Of a stretch of 64,000 nt of DNA, positions 63,441 through 64,000 are shown piece by piece. The stretch covers positions 15,996,001-16,060,000 of the forward strand of contig JBHGNT010000018.1 of assembly GCA_043228905.1 (NCBI GenBank), read 5' to 3'. Each line of letters starts with the position of its first letter. The stretch's first letter is position 1. The notes under the pieces were generated by a model. The model searched no databases and was not told the DNA's origin. It saw only the letters and a list, made by a program, of their open reading frames with translations. This DNA is from Azolla caroliniana. Its lineage: Eukaryota > Plantae > Polypodiophyta. The position numbers and the translations under genes are program-made.

Positions 63441-64000
63441 CCCGGATATACTGGGAAGAAGTGAATGTGGCATCCGACAATGTCAGTGAGTTGTGGCACA
63501 AGAGGTTGTACCACATGAGCCAGAAAGGGATGCATAAAATTACCGAGGATAACCTCATTCTGAAGGTGAAAGACGTGCAGCTTAAGAAGTGCACCGATTG
63601 CTTGGTTGGCAAGGAAAACCGAACATCTTTCCGGTCAAGACCACCGACGAGACAGAATGCACCGCTGGAACTTGTGCATACCGATGTATGCCAAGTGGAC
63701 ATGAAGTCACATGCCGAATCACAGTACGTCGTGATGTTTATAGACGACCACAGCCGGAAGTTGTGGGTATCACCGTTGAAGACGAAGGACTAGGTATTAT
63801 CCGTCTTCAAGGAATTCCACGCGAGGATGGAAAGGGAAACCAACCGGAAGCTAAAGGTGGTTCGAGTGGACAACAGAGGTGAATACCGGGGGCAATTCAA
63901 GGAGTATTGTCGGGCGAAGGGAATCCAACTCAAATTCACTATGCCGAAGACGTCGTCACTAAATGGGCTAGTCGAAAGAATGAACCGGACTGTGATGGAG

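Larger units (their letters stand above)
56731..64000 (+). mobile_element. Tnt1-like Copia host (LTR remnant, PBS, gag, PR, INT), running off the right edge
   Basis: LTR end at 56834; PBS TGGTATCAGAGC at 56838-56849. gag-PR runs to 57856 and resumes at 63032; LVHTDVCQVD at about 63680. Confidence 0.9.

Overview
Eukaryotic, almost certainly plant, repeat-dense DNA. No host protein-coding gene, rRNA, intact tRNA or CRISPR array can be supported. The window is two piles of nested, degenerate LTR retrotransposons (1-19.9 kb and 30.9-64 kb) around an older AT-rich, eroded stretch (20-30.9 kb) holding a decayed chromovirus-like Gypsy, a non-LTR retroelement 3' end, a tRNA-derived SINE-like unit and solo LTRs. 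Ty1/Copia is represented by related families A, B, C and D with tRNA-iMet PBS (seen for A, B, D) and by a Tnt1-like family. Ty3/Gypsy is represented by a TGTCG...ACGACA family with a tRNA-Trp PBS, a Tat/Athila-like family and a chromovirus-like relic. Elements with both LTRs and target-site duplications are 13384-18009 (AAAGG), 36678-42896 (GCGT/ACGT) and 57857-63031 (ATGTG). The family mix suggests a non-seed land plant, but that is inference. The most notable observations are: (i) a covarying stem-loop that places the PPT/U3 junction in a 16-nt loop in three Copia families, (ii) a duplicated PPT with a pol read-through extension, (iii) an antisense tRNA-like Pol III module in both LTRs of a Gypsy element whose PPT is made of telomeric repeats, and (iv) stacked LINE 3' ends in a (GA)n microsatellite. 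All coordinates were read by eye, and boundaries of eroded elements are approximate.
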